DNA from: Gammaproteobacteria bacterium
GTDB taxonomy: Bacteria > Pseudomonadota > Gammaproteobacteria > JAJFKG01
DNA: 64,000 nucleotides
Assembly (NCBI GenBank): GCA_965116795.1
Contig: OZ220716.1
Coordinates: 1,066,503-1,130,502 of the forward strand
Direction of reading: 5' to 3'
Shown: positions 17,530 through 26,651 of the stretch, one piece after another
Layout: each line of letters opens with the position of its first letter
Position numbering within the stretch: the stretch's first letter is position 1
Notes under the pieces: generated by a model
The model's input: only the letters and a program-made list of their open reading frames with translations
Database searches by the model: none
What the model was told of the DNA's origin: nothing
Program-made: the position numbers and the translations under genes

Positions 17530-20415
17530 ATGAGTAACTCTACCAACAGCAAAACCTTATCAATTCGATTAGCTGCCACGGGTGGCGATCAATTACGCCG
17601 AGAGTTTGATAAGCTTGGCACACGCGGTCAGCGTGCGTTTGATAATATCAAGGATGCTACCAAACCCGCATCAAAAGGCATCAAAGCTGTTGATGTGGCC
17701 GCAAAGTCCTTAAACCGCACTCTCAAACAAGCCGCGGGTTTGCTGGGTGCTTATACCGGTATTCGTGGTCTCACACGCTCCTTTGGTTTTTTAGTGTCAA
17801 CTAATCGGGAGTTTGAGCGCTTACATGCGAGCTTAAAAACAGTTACCGGCTCTTTAAAGGGTGCTGATGATGCCTTTAAGTTGATTGAGGACTTTGCCTC
17901 AAAGACTCCATTTAGTGTGGAGCAGTTAACAGAAGCCTTCATCAAATTAAAAGCACTTGGCTTAGATCCGTCAGCCGACGCGCTGCGTTCTTACGGCAAC
18001 ACGGCTTCTGCGATGGGCAAAGACTTGTTGCAATTTGTTGATGCGGTGGCTAATGCGACAACAGGCCGCTTCATGAACTTAAAGTCCTTTGGGATTAATG
18101 CCGAAGTGCAGGGCGACAAGGTCGCTTTTACCTTCAACAAAGTTACCACAGTTGTTAAAAAGAATGTCACGAGCATTGAAGCGTACTTACGCCAGATTGG
18201 TAAAACTCAGTTTGCCGGTGCTATGGCCGCACAAATGGATATCTTAGAAGGGATTTTCAGTAATATTAAAGACAATATCTCCCACATTGCACGTGAAATT
18301 GGTAAAGGTGGTTTCACTCACGCGATTCACGATGTGGGGGTGAGTATCAGAGAAGCTACCGGCGATGTAGATGAGGCGGCTCATGCTGTGGGCGAAACAC
18401 TCGGTAATGCAATTCGTATTAGTGCAGATGCATTCGGATTTTTATTTCAGCATGCGAGTCTGGCGGCTAAAGGGTTAGAGTATCTCTTAGTTGCGCGCAC
18501 GGCAGCTAAAGCGGTTAGCTTATTAAGGGCGGCTATTGTTGGTCATGCAGGTTTGATCGTGGGGTTACGACTATTAGCCAGTCTATCAGTCGGCACGGCT
18601 GCTAAGGTGACCATACTTGAAGGTTCCACAAAATTAGCGACCGTTGCCATGCTTGGCTTCAAACGTGCATTGGGATTTGTCGGTGGCCCATTTGGTTTGG
18701 CTGGCATGGTGGGGTTAGCACTTTATAAATTGGCAGAAGGCCATGATGCAGCAAGCATTGCTGCCAAACGACATACTACTGAGCTTAGCAAGCTGATGGA
18801 GACAGTAAAAAAAGCGGCTAGTGGTACGGGGCAACCGATGTTGGTCAACGAAGCTATCGCGCGTCTGACTGAAGAATTGAATACATCAAAGCAGCAAGCC
18901 GCCAAGCTGATGCAAGAAATTCGTTCTGTTTACCCTGGCAGTTTCTTAGACCATGTCAAAGAGTTGTTTCATTTTGACTTAATGAAAGATTTAGAGCAAG
19001 TCCGTGACGCCTTTCAGACGGGCAAAAATGCTATGGATAAACATTACAAAGCTATATGGGATTTGACGTCAACGCATCCAGAATTTACCAAGCAAGCTAA
19101 AGAAGCTGGCGGGCAGATAGATGCTTATAAAGAACTACAGTCGAAAATCGAAGAAACTGAAGCCAAGCTGATTAAATTACAAAACGGCACACTTAACACG
19201 AGCCCAAGCAAACATGACCTGAAACAAATCATCCCTGCATTAGATGACAAACAAATACAACACATCCAAGAGACGATTCAATCATTAGAAGCCCAGGCTG
19301 TAGCACTACAACGCGTCGTTGCTGCTCGTAAGGAAGGCAATGAAGCCGTACAGCTTGCCTTGATATTAAATGAGCAAGAAAATACATTCGCTAAATTTGG
19401 TATTGATATACATCAACAACAAACTGAAGAAGCTTCTAAGCTCATCAACCGGACTAAAGCGTTAATTCAACAAAAATATGAATTGCAACAAGCCGACAAA
19501 GACGCCATTGAAACGGCTAAGCGTCATGCGCAAACAGTACAAACCATCACACGCGCATTGAATGCAACCAAAACTGAAAGTGAACAAGCCCGCATTGAAG
19601 CGGATACCTGGCGTCAGAGTGCATTAGCTGGATTAGATAGTACGCGTCAAGGCTATGCTACCTTTGCCAGTGACATTGAAACCGTTTACCAGAACATGTT
19701 AAAGCAAGCTCGCGAGAAAGATTTAGCAAGCTCCAAACGTTGGCAAGATGGAGTAACCCGCGGACTTCGCGATGTGGTTGATGAAGCCAATGACATGGCA
19801 TCTCAAGTAGAGAATGCTGTTACTAATGCCTTCTCGAACATGGAGGATGCGCTCCTTGAGTTTGTGATAAAAGGCAAGCTTGATTTTAAATCACTGGCAG
19901 ACTCTATCATTTCCGATATTCTTCGCATTCAAATCAAACAAAACATCACGGCACCCTTAGCGAGTGCATTAGGCTCAGTTAACTTTAGTGGTTTATTTGG
20001 CGCGGCACATACTGGAGGCGTCATTGGTCATGATGCATTAACAAAACGGGCTGTTAATTCCTCTGTATTTGATGGTGCTCCGAAATTTCATGGGGGCGGT
20101 GTGGTTGGTAATGAAGTGCCGATTATTGCTAAAAAAGGTGAGACCGTCTTTACGCCAGGGCAAATGCAATTGTTAGGAGCAGGCTTAGCCTCACGCAATG
20201 CGGCTCCCACTGTTACGGTACATGTGCATAACAACGTTTCTGGTGTACAAGCTAAAACGCATACAACCAAAACACCTGATGGCAATGTGCAGCTGGATAT
20301 TATTGTTGAACATGTTGAACAAAAGCTTGCGCGCAATATCACGCGTGGTGATGGGCTAGCACCGGTGATGGAACGACGTTACGGTTTGAATCCAGCTAAT
20401 GGCAGTTATCGATAA
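17530..20415 (+). CDS. Tail tape measure protein
   Basis: 961 aa Ala-rich helical; FA..TPF.V..LT motif; lambda-type C-terminal MEDAL..FV..GKLDFKSLADSI. Confidence 0.92.
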   Translation: MSNSTNSKTLSIRLAATGGDQLRREFDKLGTRGQRAFDNIKDATKPASKGIKAVDVAAKSLNRTLKQAAGLLGAYTGIRGLTRSFGFLVSTNREFERLHASLKTVTGSLKGADDAFKLIEDFASKTPFSVEQLTEAFIKLKALGLDPSADALRSYGNTASAMGKDLLQFVDAVANATTGRFMNLKSFGINAEVQGDKVAFTFNKVTTVVKKNVTSIEAYLRQIGKTQFAGAMAAQMDILEGIFSNIKDNISHIAREIGKGGFTHAIHDVGVSIREATGDVDEAAHAVGETLGNAIRISADAFGFLFQHASLAAKGLEYLLVARTAAKAVSLLRAAIVGHAGLIVGLRLLASLSVGTAAKVTILEGSTKLATVAMLGFKRALGFVGGPFGLAGMVGLALYKLAEGHDAASIAAKRHTTELSKLMETVKKAASGTGQPMLVNEAIARLTEELNTSKQQAAKLMQEIRSVYPGSFLDHVKELFHFDLMKDLEQVRDAFQTGKNAMDKHYKAIWDLTSTHPEFTKQAKEAGGQIDAYKELQSKIEETEAKLIKLQNGTLNTSPSKHDLKQIIPALDDKQIQHIQETIQSLEAQAVALQRVVAARKEGNEAVQLALILNEQENTFAKFGIDIHQQQTEEASKLINRTKALIQQKYELQQADKDAIETAKRHAQTVQTITRALNATKTESEQARIEADTWRQSALAGLDSTRQGYATFASDIETVYQNMLKQAREKDLASSKRWQDGVTRGLRDVVDEANDMASQVENAVTNAFSNMEDALLEFVIKGKLDFKSLADSIISDILRIQIKQNITAPLASALGSVNFSGLFGAAHTGGVIGHDALTKRAVNSSVFDGAPKFHGGGVVGNEVPIIAKKGETVFTPGQMQLLGAGLASRNAAPTVTVHVHNNVSGVQAKTHTTKTPDGNVQLDIIVEHVEQKLARNITRGDGLAPVMERRYGLNPANGSYR

Positions 20416-20674
20416 CAAAACAAAACCGAGCAAACCAAATTGCTTGCTACTCCTTGACCTACTCGGTGCTTTAAGAAAAGCTATCAACTAATTATTTTAG
20501 TTTTTAATTACATAATATCCGCTTGTATTGACGCCTTTTTTTGTTATCGGAACTTGAGTTGTTAACAAAACCAATACGGATGCGAAGCACCGTATCGTGT
20601 TAGTGATGACGAGGCAAGCTTAACAACTGTGACAACCGCATGCCGTGCAAAAATATAACAGAGTCTTCAGTATT

Positions 20675-21148
20675 ATGATTACATGGCCCGATAAACTCCC
20701 TTTTCCCACGGTTGAGGGATATAGTATTCAACCTGGTGATGCGATTGTACGCACCAATATGGAAGCGGGTAGTGCCAGACAACGCCGCCGCTTTACCCAA
20801 GTCCCCAGTCGCATTCAGGTGCGCTGGTTGATGTCACAAACCCAGTTTGCGATATTCGAAGCTTGGTATCGCTGGGAGGCTCGCGAAGGCGGCGCCTGGT
20901 TTGATATTACATTATTAGGTGGTTTGGGATTGTTATCACAACAAGCGCGTTTTACCCAACCGTTTCAAACGCAACTGGTCACCGGCACGTTATGGGAAAT
21001 TCGTACCGAGCTTGAAGTGCGTGAACGGCCTGTGCTGACTCACGATACATTACATCTGTTGTTAACCGAAGACTTGCAGGGATTGATGAATGCCATCGAC
21101 AGCTTGCATCAATTGGTACATTACACCTTGCCAAGTTATTTTCATTAA
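20675..21148 (+). CDS. Distal tail / minor tail protein
   Basis: WP..LP.P, RT.ME.G.ARQRRRF, FEAW motif after tape measure. Confidence 0.7.
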   Translation: MITWPDKLPFPTVEGYSIQPGDAIVRTNMEAGSARQRRRFTQVPSRIQVRWLMSQTQFAIFEAWYRWEAREGGAWFDITLLGGLGLLSQQARFTQPFQTQLVTGTLWEIRTELEVRERPVLTHDTLHLLLTEDLQGLMNAIDSLHQLVHYTLPSYFH

Positions 21149-21191
21149 TGGGTTGTATTTAACAATCTATCATCAGCGTTAAGAGTAAGCT

Positions 21192-21722
21192 ATGACATTA
21201 CAACACGACTTAGAGCTAGCGGTTACACAAGTCACGCAAGACAGTCAAACATTGCATGAGATTGTGCATGGCGATGAACAGACTGTCGTTCCCACTGAAG
21301 GGGGCAATGTCAGCTCGCCTGCCAAAGTCATCTTTGACATGGAGCAACAGATTCAGCAACAGTTATCCGATTTAAATATTACCCTCAATGCACTGCAAGA
21401 GGCGGTAGCACAAGCGCAACATTACGCTGATAACGCCGAGCAGCAAGCACAAACAGCAACGACTGCTGCAAACAGCACGAACTTTCCTGCTGATTTAACT
21501 GATGGTGCTGGCAAGTTGTTAGCGGTTAATGATAAGGAAGATGGTTACACCCTGACGCAAACCAGTAGCACCGTATATGGTTTTTCTAAAGCCAGCGCCA
21601 AGCTCAAACTACATATTAATGAAGACAGCTGTAATGCCAATACATTTTTGTCTTACTTCATTGCGCCGGTCGGTATTGCCATTGAAATCGATACTCGTGG
21701 ACACTTATTAGTAACTGTCTAA
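21192..21722 (+). CDS. Putative tail fibre-associated protein
   Basis: LH.IVHG....V.TE.G.V.S.AK N-terminus and coiled coil; position in tail operon. Confidence 0.5.
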   Translation: MTLQHDLELAVTQVTQDSQTLHEIVHGDEQTVVPTEGGNVSSPAKVIFDMEQQIQQQLSDLNITLNALQEAVAQAQHYADNAEQQAQTATTAANSTNFPADLTDGAGKLLAVNDKEDGYTLTQTSSTVYGFSKASAKLKLHINEDSCNANTFLSYFIAPVGIAIEIDTRGHLLVTV

Positions 21723-21738
21723 TGACATAGGAATCAGT

Positions 21739-23403
21739 ATGACAATTTTAGATTTAGGGAATATCCGCATGAATTGGTGCGGCGCGTATGACAGTGACGT
21801 TACTTACGTGCGTGATGATGTGGTGTCTTACCACGGTTCCAGCTTTATTGCCAAACGCGATGTTACTGGAATTGCTCCCACTATTGGTGATGACTGGGAT
21901 ATGTTAGCCGCGGGCACGCATCAATTGATTGAGCAAGGTGACTTGTTAACGCATGATGGTAATGCCACGATACGCTTACCCTGCGGCAATCCAGGTCAAG
22001 TATTACAAGCCGGTGATAACCAGCAACCGCAATGGCGTGATGTAGGCTTGCCTCCCTCACAAGCCGTGTGGAAATTATCACGAGTGAATGGTTTGGGCGG
22101 CTGGTATACGCGCGTCTACTTGATGCGTGATGGAACGATTAAAGCTTGCGGCTTAGGCAATAACTACAGCAACGGTGACCCCAATGCTAGCCATACTTAC
22201 TTACCGAGTCGGGTAGCCTCTTCCAATAACGATGTACGCTTTGTCAATGTCTTCTCTGGGGGTCAGCAACATTATGCGTTAACCGCTGAAGGCGATGTGT
22301 GGTCGTGGGGATTTAATAACTATGGCCAGTTAGGTCATGGCGATACGTTACATCGCAGTATGATGCGGCGTATAGATTTTTTCTTTAACAACAATATCAA
22401 GATTAAACACATTGTCACCGGTCGCCCTAATCACTTTGATTATGGCTGTGCTTTCTTCTTAACAACCGACGGTGAAGTTTATGCGTGTGGGTATAACAGT
22501 AACGGTAGTTTAGGTAATGGTACCAGTACCCATCAATATACACCGGTGCGCTGTGGAGCACTCACCAACATTGTCAGTGTTGCCGTATCGGGTCAACCCT
22601 ACAGTGTGACTGCCATTGATGAAGAGAAACAACTGTGGGTATGGGGGTGGAATGGCACGGGTCAGTTAGGATTAGGCGATATCACCGAGCGTCGCAGCCC
22701 TATCTTGCATCCCAGCTTGGATAACGTGGCCAAGGCGGTGATTACGTGCGGTTATCAGACAGATGGCAAAAGTCCTGTGGGTAATGGATTAGTGTTATTA
22801 GACGATGGCACCCTGTGGTCAACGGGTTACAACGGTTATGGACAGTTAGGGCATGGCGATACAACAACACGCAACAGCTTCGCTCAAATCCAACATGCGT
22901 CAACGTTTGTGGATATTGTCACAGGAGATGGGCGCTACCCTAGTTCTGCTGCTATCACTGATAAGAAAGAGCTTTACGTATGGGGATACAACGGTTACGG
23001 ACAATTAGGCACAGGCAATACTACACATCAACATTCACCGACCAAACCCAGTGCTGATTTTCAAGGGAATGTGGATAAAGTTTGTTTTGGCGGCGGTGCC
23101 AGTTATGAAGGCTGCATTGTTCAAAGTGGCAATACATTATGGGCGGCTGGTTATGGTAACCGTGGTAACCTGGGTACTGGCTCAAATGCTAATGCCAATA
23201 ATCAATTCAAACACGTACTCGGACAATCGGGTGAGATTGAAGGCTGGGGGTGCTTCGGTCAAGGCCAGACGGATTGGGGATTGGGCGTACTGTATACCGA
23301 TGGGCGTGTGGATGCGTGTGGGTATAACAGCAGTTACGGTCAGACCGGTACGCAAAGTGGCAACTTGCATCATGTGTTAGTACTCAAGAACGTTATTTTT
23401 TGA
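21739..23403 (+). CDS. RCC1-repeat protein, putative tail fibre / receptor-binding protein
   Basis: Repeated W.WG.N.YGQLG.G motifs; N-terminal W.GAY....Y...DVV.Y.GSS phage fibre motif. Confidence 0.85.
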   Translation: MTILDLGNIRMNWCGAYDSDVTYVRDDVVSYHGSSFIAKRDVTGIAPTIGDDWDMLAAGTHQLIEQGDLLTHDGNATIRLPCGNPGQVLQAGDNQQPQWRDVGLPPSQAVWKLSRVNGLGGWYTRVYLMRDGTIKACGLGNNYSNGDPNASHTYLPSRVASSNNDVRFVNVFSGGQQHYALTAEGDVWSWGFNNYGQLGHGDTLHRSMMRRIDFFFNNNIKIKHIVTGRPNHFDYGCAFFLTTDGEVYACGYNSNGSLGNGTSTHQYTPVRCGALTNIVSVAVSGQPYSVTAIDEEKQLWVWGWNGTGQLGLGDITERRSPILHPSLDNVAKAVITCGYQTDGKSPVGNGLVLLDDGTLWSTGYNGYGQLGHGDTTTRNSFAQIQHASTFVDIVTGDGRYPSSAAITDKKELYVWGYNGYGQLGTGNTTHQHSPTKPSADFQGNVDKVCFGGGASYEGCIVQSGNTLWAAGYGNRGNLGTGSNANANNQFKHVLGQSGEIEGWGCFGQGQTDWGLGVLYTDGRVDACGYNSSYGQTGTQSGNLHHVLVLKNVIF

Positions 23404-23936
23404 CAAGGATGAATAAAACCATGACAGGTAAAATCAAATCATATTTACATAATCGGCAAGTACAATTTAAAGAAAGCAAAGCACCACCGATTTGTTTAGG
23501 CGATATCAATGGACGTATTTATTATGCATTTTCTCATGAAGCAACAATACCACCAGGCGGTAAAACTGTCACGAAGAGTGAGCATCAAACATTAAAAGTT
23601 AACAGTGACTTAATAAAACAAGTTAAAGCGGAAGCCATGCGACGCATCTTAAGCATTGCACCGTATTGGAAGCAAAATAATGCGTTAGCAGATTTGTATG
23701 CATTGAATAACAAAGCTGATTTAACCGATGAAGAAGCATTGTGTTTGGATAACGCTAAACAATTGTGGGCAACGATTCAGCATTTGCGTAAACGTTCTAA
23801 TGACATTGAAGCCGCCTTATTGCAAGGAGAAGCTATCGATTATATGCAGGACGTGGCATGGGAAGAAGAACCAGCACAAGCGCAAGTAAAAAATAAAGCA
23901 AAAGAACATGCACAACAACCTCAAGCGACAACATAA
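23400..23936 (+). CDS. Putative tail fibre chaperone
   Basis: VKAEA.RRI...AP.WKQ.N motif; follows RCC1 gene. Confidence 0.5.
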   Translation: MTRMNKTMTGKIKSYLHNRQVQFKESKAPPICLGDINGRIYYAFSHEATIPPGGKTVTKSEHQTLKVNSDLIKQVKAEAMRRILSIAPYWKQNNALADLYALNNKADLTDEEALCLDNAKQLWATIQHLRKRSNDIEAALLQGEAIDYMQDVAWEEEPAQAQVKNKAKEHAQQPQATT

Positions 23937-23937
23937 A

Positions 23938-24480
23938 ATGCCAGACCCAACTCTCAGTCAAGCCATTTGCGAGGCGTATGCTTCATCCCCCAGTGATGTG
24001 GTGATACTGCATACCTTAGAATTGCGTCATCCTAAGTTTGTTGATGATGAAGGAAATGTCATGGCAGTGAGGTTAGTGCGCGATTATCAAAACTTAGCTG
24101 CAACGCTTGAAGAGACTGCACCACTCAATGCAAATGAAACCGTTACATTCATTGCAATGAGTTTTGATTTGAGTTTGCCGACGGTGGATACCGCGCCAGT
24201 ACCGGAGATTACCGTAACGATTGACAACGTTAGTGGTGAACTAATGAGGCACCTGGATGCGGCTGTTGATAGTGGCGATAAAATTGAAGTAACGTATCGC
24301 CCGTATTTAAGCAACGATACATCGACTCCGCACATGGTGCCACCCATAACACTGGTGCTAAGCGATGTCGAAGCTGATGTCATGCGTATCGTAGGGCGTG
24401 CCAGAATGTTAGACATTGGCAATAAACGCTTTCCAGCAGCGTGTTATACGTTAAGGCAGTTTCCTGGCTTATCACGGTAG
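23938..24480 (+). CDS. Minor tail protein (DUF1833-like)
   Basis: EAYAS.P...V.LHTLELRHP, F.L.LP, IDNV, YRPYLS. Confidence 0.8.
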   Translation: MPDPTLSQAICEAYASSPSDVVILHTLELRHPKFVDDEGNVMAVRLVRDYQNLAATLEETAPLNANETVTFIAMSFDLSLPTVDTAPVPEITVTIDNVSGELMRHLDAAVDSGDKIEVTYRPYLSNDTSTPHMVPPITLVLSDVEADVMRIVGRARMLDIGNKRFPAACYTLRQFPGLSR

Positions 24481-24529
24481 CGTATCAACTAACATTTTCT
24501 TTTTTTGATTAAGAATAAGAGATTTTTCT

Positions 24530-24946
24530 ATGACCCATTGGGCGTGTCAGTACATTGGTTTGCCTTGGCAATCAGGTGGCAGAGATAAAGCTGGTTTTGA
24601 TTGTTGGGGTTTGGTGAAGTATGTACAGCAAAAGCATTTTGATCACACGCTACCTGATATTCCAGTTGATGCGATTAATTTAACACAGGTTGCCAAAGCC
24701 TTTAAACAACATCCCGAGAAGCAACGTTGGCAGTTGACTGATAATCCTGTCGAAGGTGATGCGGTTTTGTTACGTCAATCACGTTGTCCAATACATGTGG
24801 GCGTTTGGATTGCTATTAATGCTACTGAACAAGGCGTACTGCATTGTATGCAAAATAGTGGTGTGGTGTTTCAAACCGTTAACAGTTTGCACGTATCGGG
24901 TTGGCAAATTGAGGGTGTTTATAAATTTCAAGGTGATTCACTGTAA
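24530..24946 (+). CDS. NlpC/P60 tail-tip protein (gpK-like)
   Basis: YIGLPW..GGR...GFDCWGLV, HVGVW, VLHC. Confidence 0.88.
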   Translation: MTHWACQYIGLPWQSGGRDKAGFDCWGLVKYVQQKHFDHTLPDIPVDAINLTQVAKAFKQHPEKQRWQLTDNPVEGDAVLLRQSRCPIHVGVWIAINATEQGVLHCMQNSGVVFQTVNSLHVSGWQIEGVYKFQGDSL

Positions 24947-25329
24947 TGGCACACATTGTTATTCTGCATAATCCTTTTTTGTGTGAGCGTGGGCGAGAGC
25001 TGCTTGCTGTTGATCATTCCATTACTATTGCAACGTGGTTAACGCAGACTAATATTGTTACATTTGAATTGCCAACCATTTGTTTAGTCAATGGCAATGC
25101 CGTGTTACGTCAAGATTGGCAAACGACAATTATAGGCGTCAATGATGTCATCACCTTTATTACCTTGCCACAAGGCAGTGGGGGCGGCGGTAAAATCTTA
25201 CGTTCCGTGTTAATCAACTATGGTTTTCAAATGTTTAAAAATTTTTCTTTTAGCGAAGAAATATACAAATATGGCTAGGTACAGCACATGGCTATAAGCA
25301 AAGATAAAGAAAAAAGTAGATACTAAGAC

Positions 25330-25470
25330 GCCTTACAAAGCACAAATGAATATAGGTTAAGCGTGGTTATTGTCAAGGGTGGCTTCACTAACAGTGGTGC
25401 ATTCAGCATTGCACTGCAACCCTTGACAATAACCACGCTTAACCCAAAATGTCATCATGCCTTGTAAGGC
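25330..25470. repeat. Long hairpin in IS110 right end
   Basis: Perfect 26-bp inverted repeat 25355-25380/25419-25444, plus outer GCCTTACAA/TTGTAAGGC arms. Confidence 0.85.
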
Positions 25471-25506
25471 TCGTTCTGTGCTACATCTTGCGATTAAAGT
25501 ATTATT

Positions 25507-26466
25507 TTAAGTAATTGTAGCGTTTGCATTTACTTGGCCTGTTTCAATAAAATGATCGCGCATTCTTGCATTCGCTATCACAATAATTTTTCGCATTAAT
25601 GCCACTAACGCTACCATCTTTCTTTTACCAGACTCAACTAAACGTCTATAAAAATCGCCTAATGCTCCTTTACTTTTAGCTGCAGCCATTGCTGCAATAA
25701 ACAATATCCGTTTCACTTCTTCTCGACCACCTCGAGTAAATCGATAACCTTGCTTAGTGCCGCTATCGTTAGGATGAGGGGCTACACCGGCTAAGGAGGC
25801 GATTTGTTTTCGATTTGCCTGACCCAATTCCGGCATAAAAGCCAACAATGTTGAAGCAACTACTTCACCAACACCGGGTATCGTTTGCAAAATCTTTTTT
25901 GTTTCAAGCAATGAGTTGTCTTGCTCATAGATCAGATTGATTTTCTTTTCGATTTGCTTAATTTCCTCGGTAAAATACGCTATCATCCTGTCGATGCTCT
26001 CTGTAAGAATTTCTTGTTCTGGTGATTGCAAACGATTCTTTTCTTGCACTAACATTTTGGTTAACTCATTACGGCGCAGAAGTAGTTTTTGCAGTATTTT
26101 ATTTGCTGGTTCTTTGTATACCTCTAAATCAGCATGACGCTCATAACCGTACTTAGCTAAACCTAATGCATCAATCGTGTCTGTTTTACCCAGTTGGCCA
26201 AACGAACGAATAAAGTGTTTTACTTTGCGTGTATTAGCTCGATGTACAGCATAGCCTTTTTCTTGCAATGCGCGAATCAACGCTAATTCGTGTCCACCTG
26301 TCGTTTCTAACACTATCAGTGCTGAGGATAGCTTACTTGCCCATTCCTCAAGATAACGTGCGATACCGACAGCGTTATTCTCATAAACGCTGACTTCTTT
26401 TTCCCCATGGATGGCACTGTAAAACTCATACTTACCAATATCAATTCCTATAAATTTCTGATACAT
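25507..26466 (-). CDS. IS110 family transposase/recombinase
   Basis: GIDIGK, ETTG, KTD.IDA (DEDD), TIPGVG, DSG catalytic serine loop. Confidence 0.95.
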   Translation of the reverse strand: MYQKFIGIDIGKYEFYSAIHGEKEVSVYENNAVGIARYLEEWASKLSSALIVLETTGGHELALIRALQEKGYAVHRANTRKVKHFIRSFGQLGKTDTIDALGLAKYGYERHADLEVYKEPANKILQKLLLRRNELTKMLVQEKNRLQSPEQEILTESIDRMIAYFTEEIKQIEKKINLIYEQDNSLLETKKILQTIPGVGEVVASTLLAFMPELGQANRKQIASLAGVAPHPNDSGTKQGYRFTRGGREEVKRILFIAAMAAAKSKGALGDFYRRLVESGKRKMVALVALMRKIIVIANARMRDHFIETGQVNANATIT

Positions 26467-26489
26467 TACATATTCCCTCGTGCGTTTAA

Positions 26490-26651
26490 TGTTTGTTTAG
26501 GATTGTAAACGGGCGTTTAGCCCTTTCAACTATTCAAACGTATCGAGGTCGATCTAGGGTACCCAGATTAACACGGTTGTTAAGACCTATGATTGCACGG
26601 TCGCCCACGATCGCGCAGCTAGGTTAATTCAGCTTAGCGGCTCACCTCTTA
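26490..26651 (-). ncRNA. Predicted IS110 bridge RNA
   Basis: Two internal loops carrying guides GCAAUCAU and CCGUGUUAAU (target) and AUAGUUGA and UUACAAUC (donor); ends approximate. Confidence 0.82.

Noticed and set aside
20416-20674. Possible ncRNA between tape measure and distal tail gene
   Set aside because: Only short hairpins (ACCGAG/CTCGGT, ATACGG/CCGTAT); no second copy in the window to support it
25213-25278. C-terminus INYGFQMF... of the 110-aa ORF
   Set aside because: Read-through into the IS110 end, not part of the native tail protein
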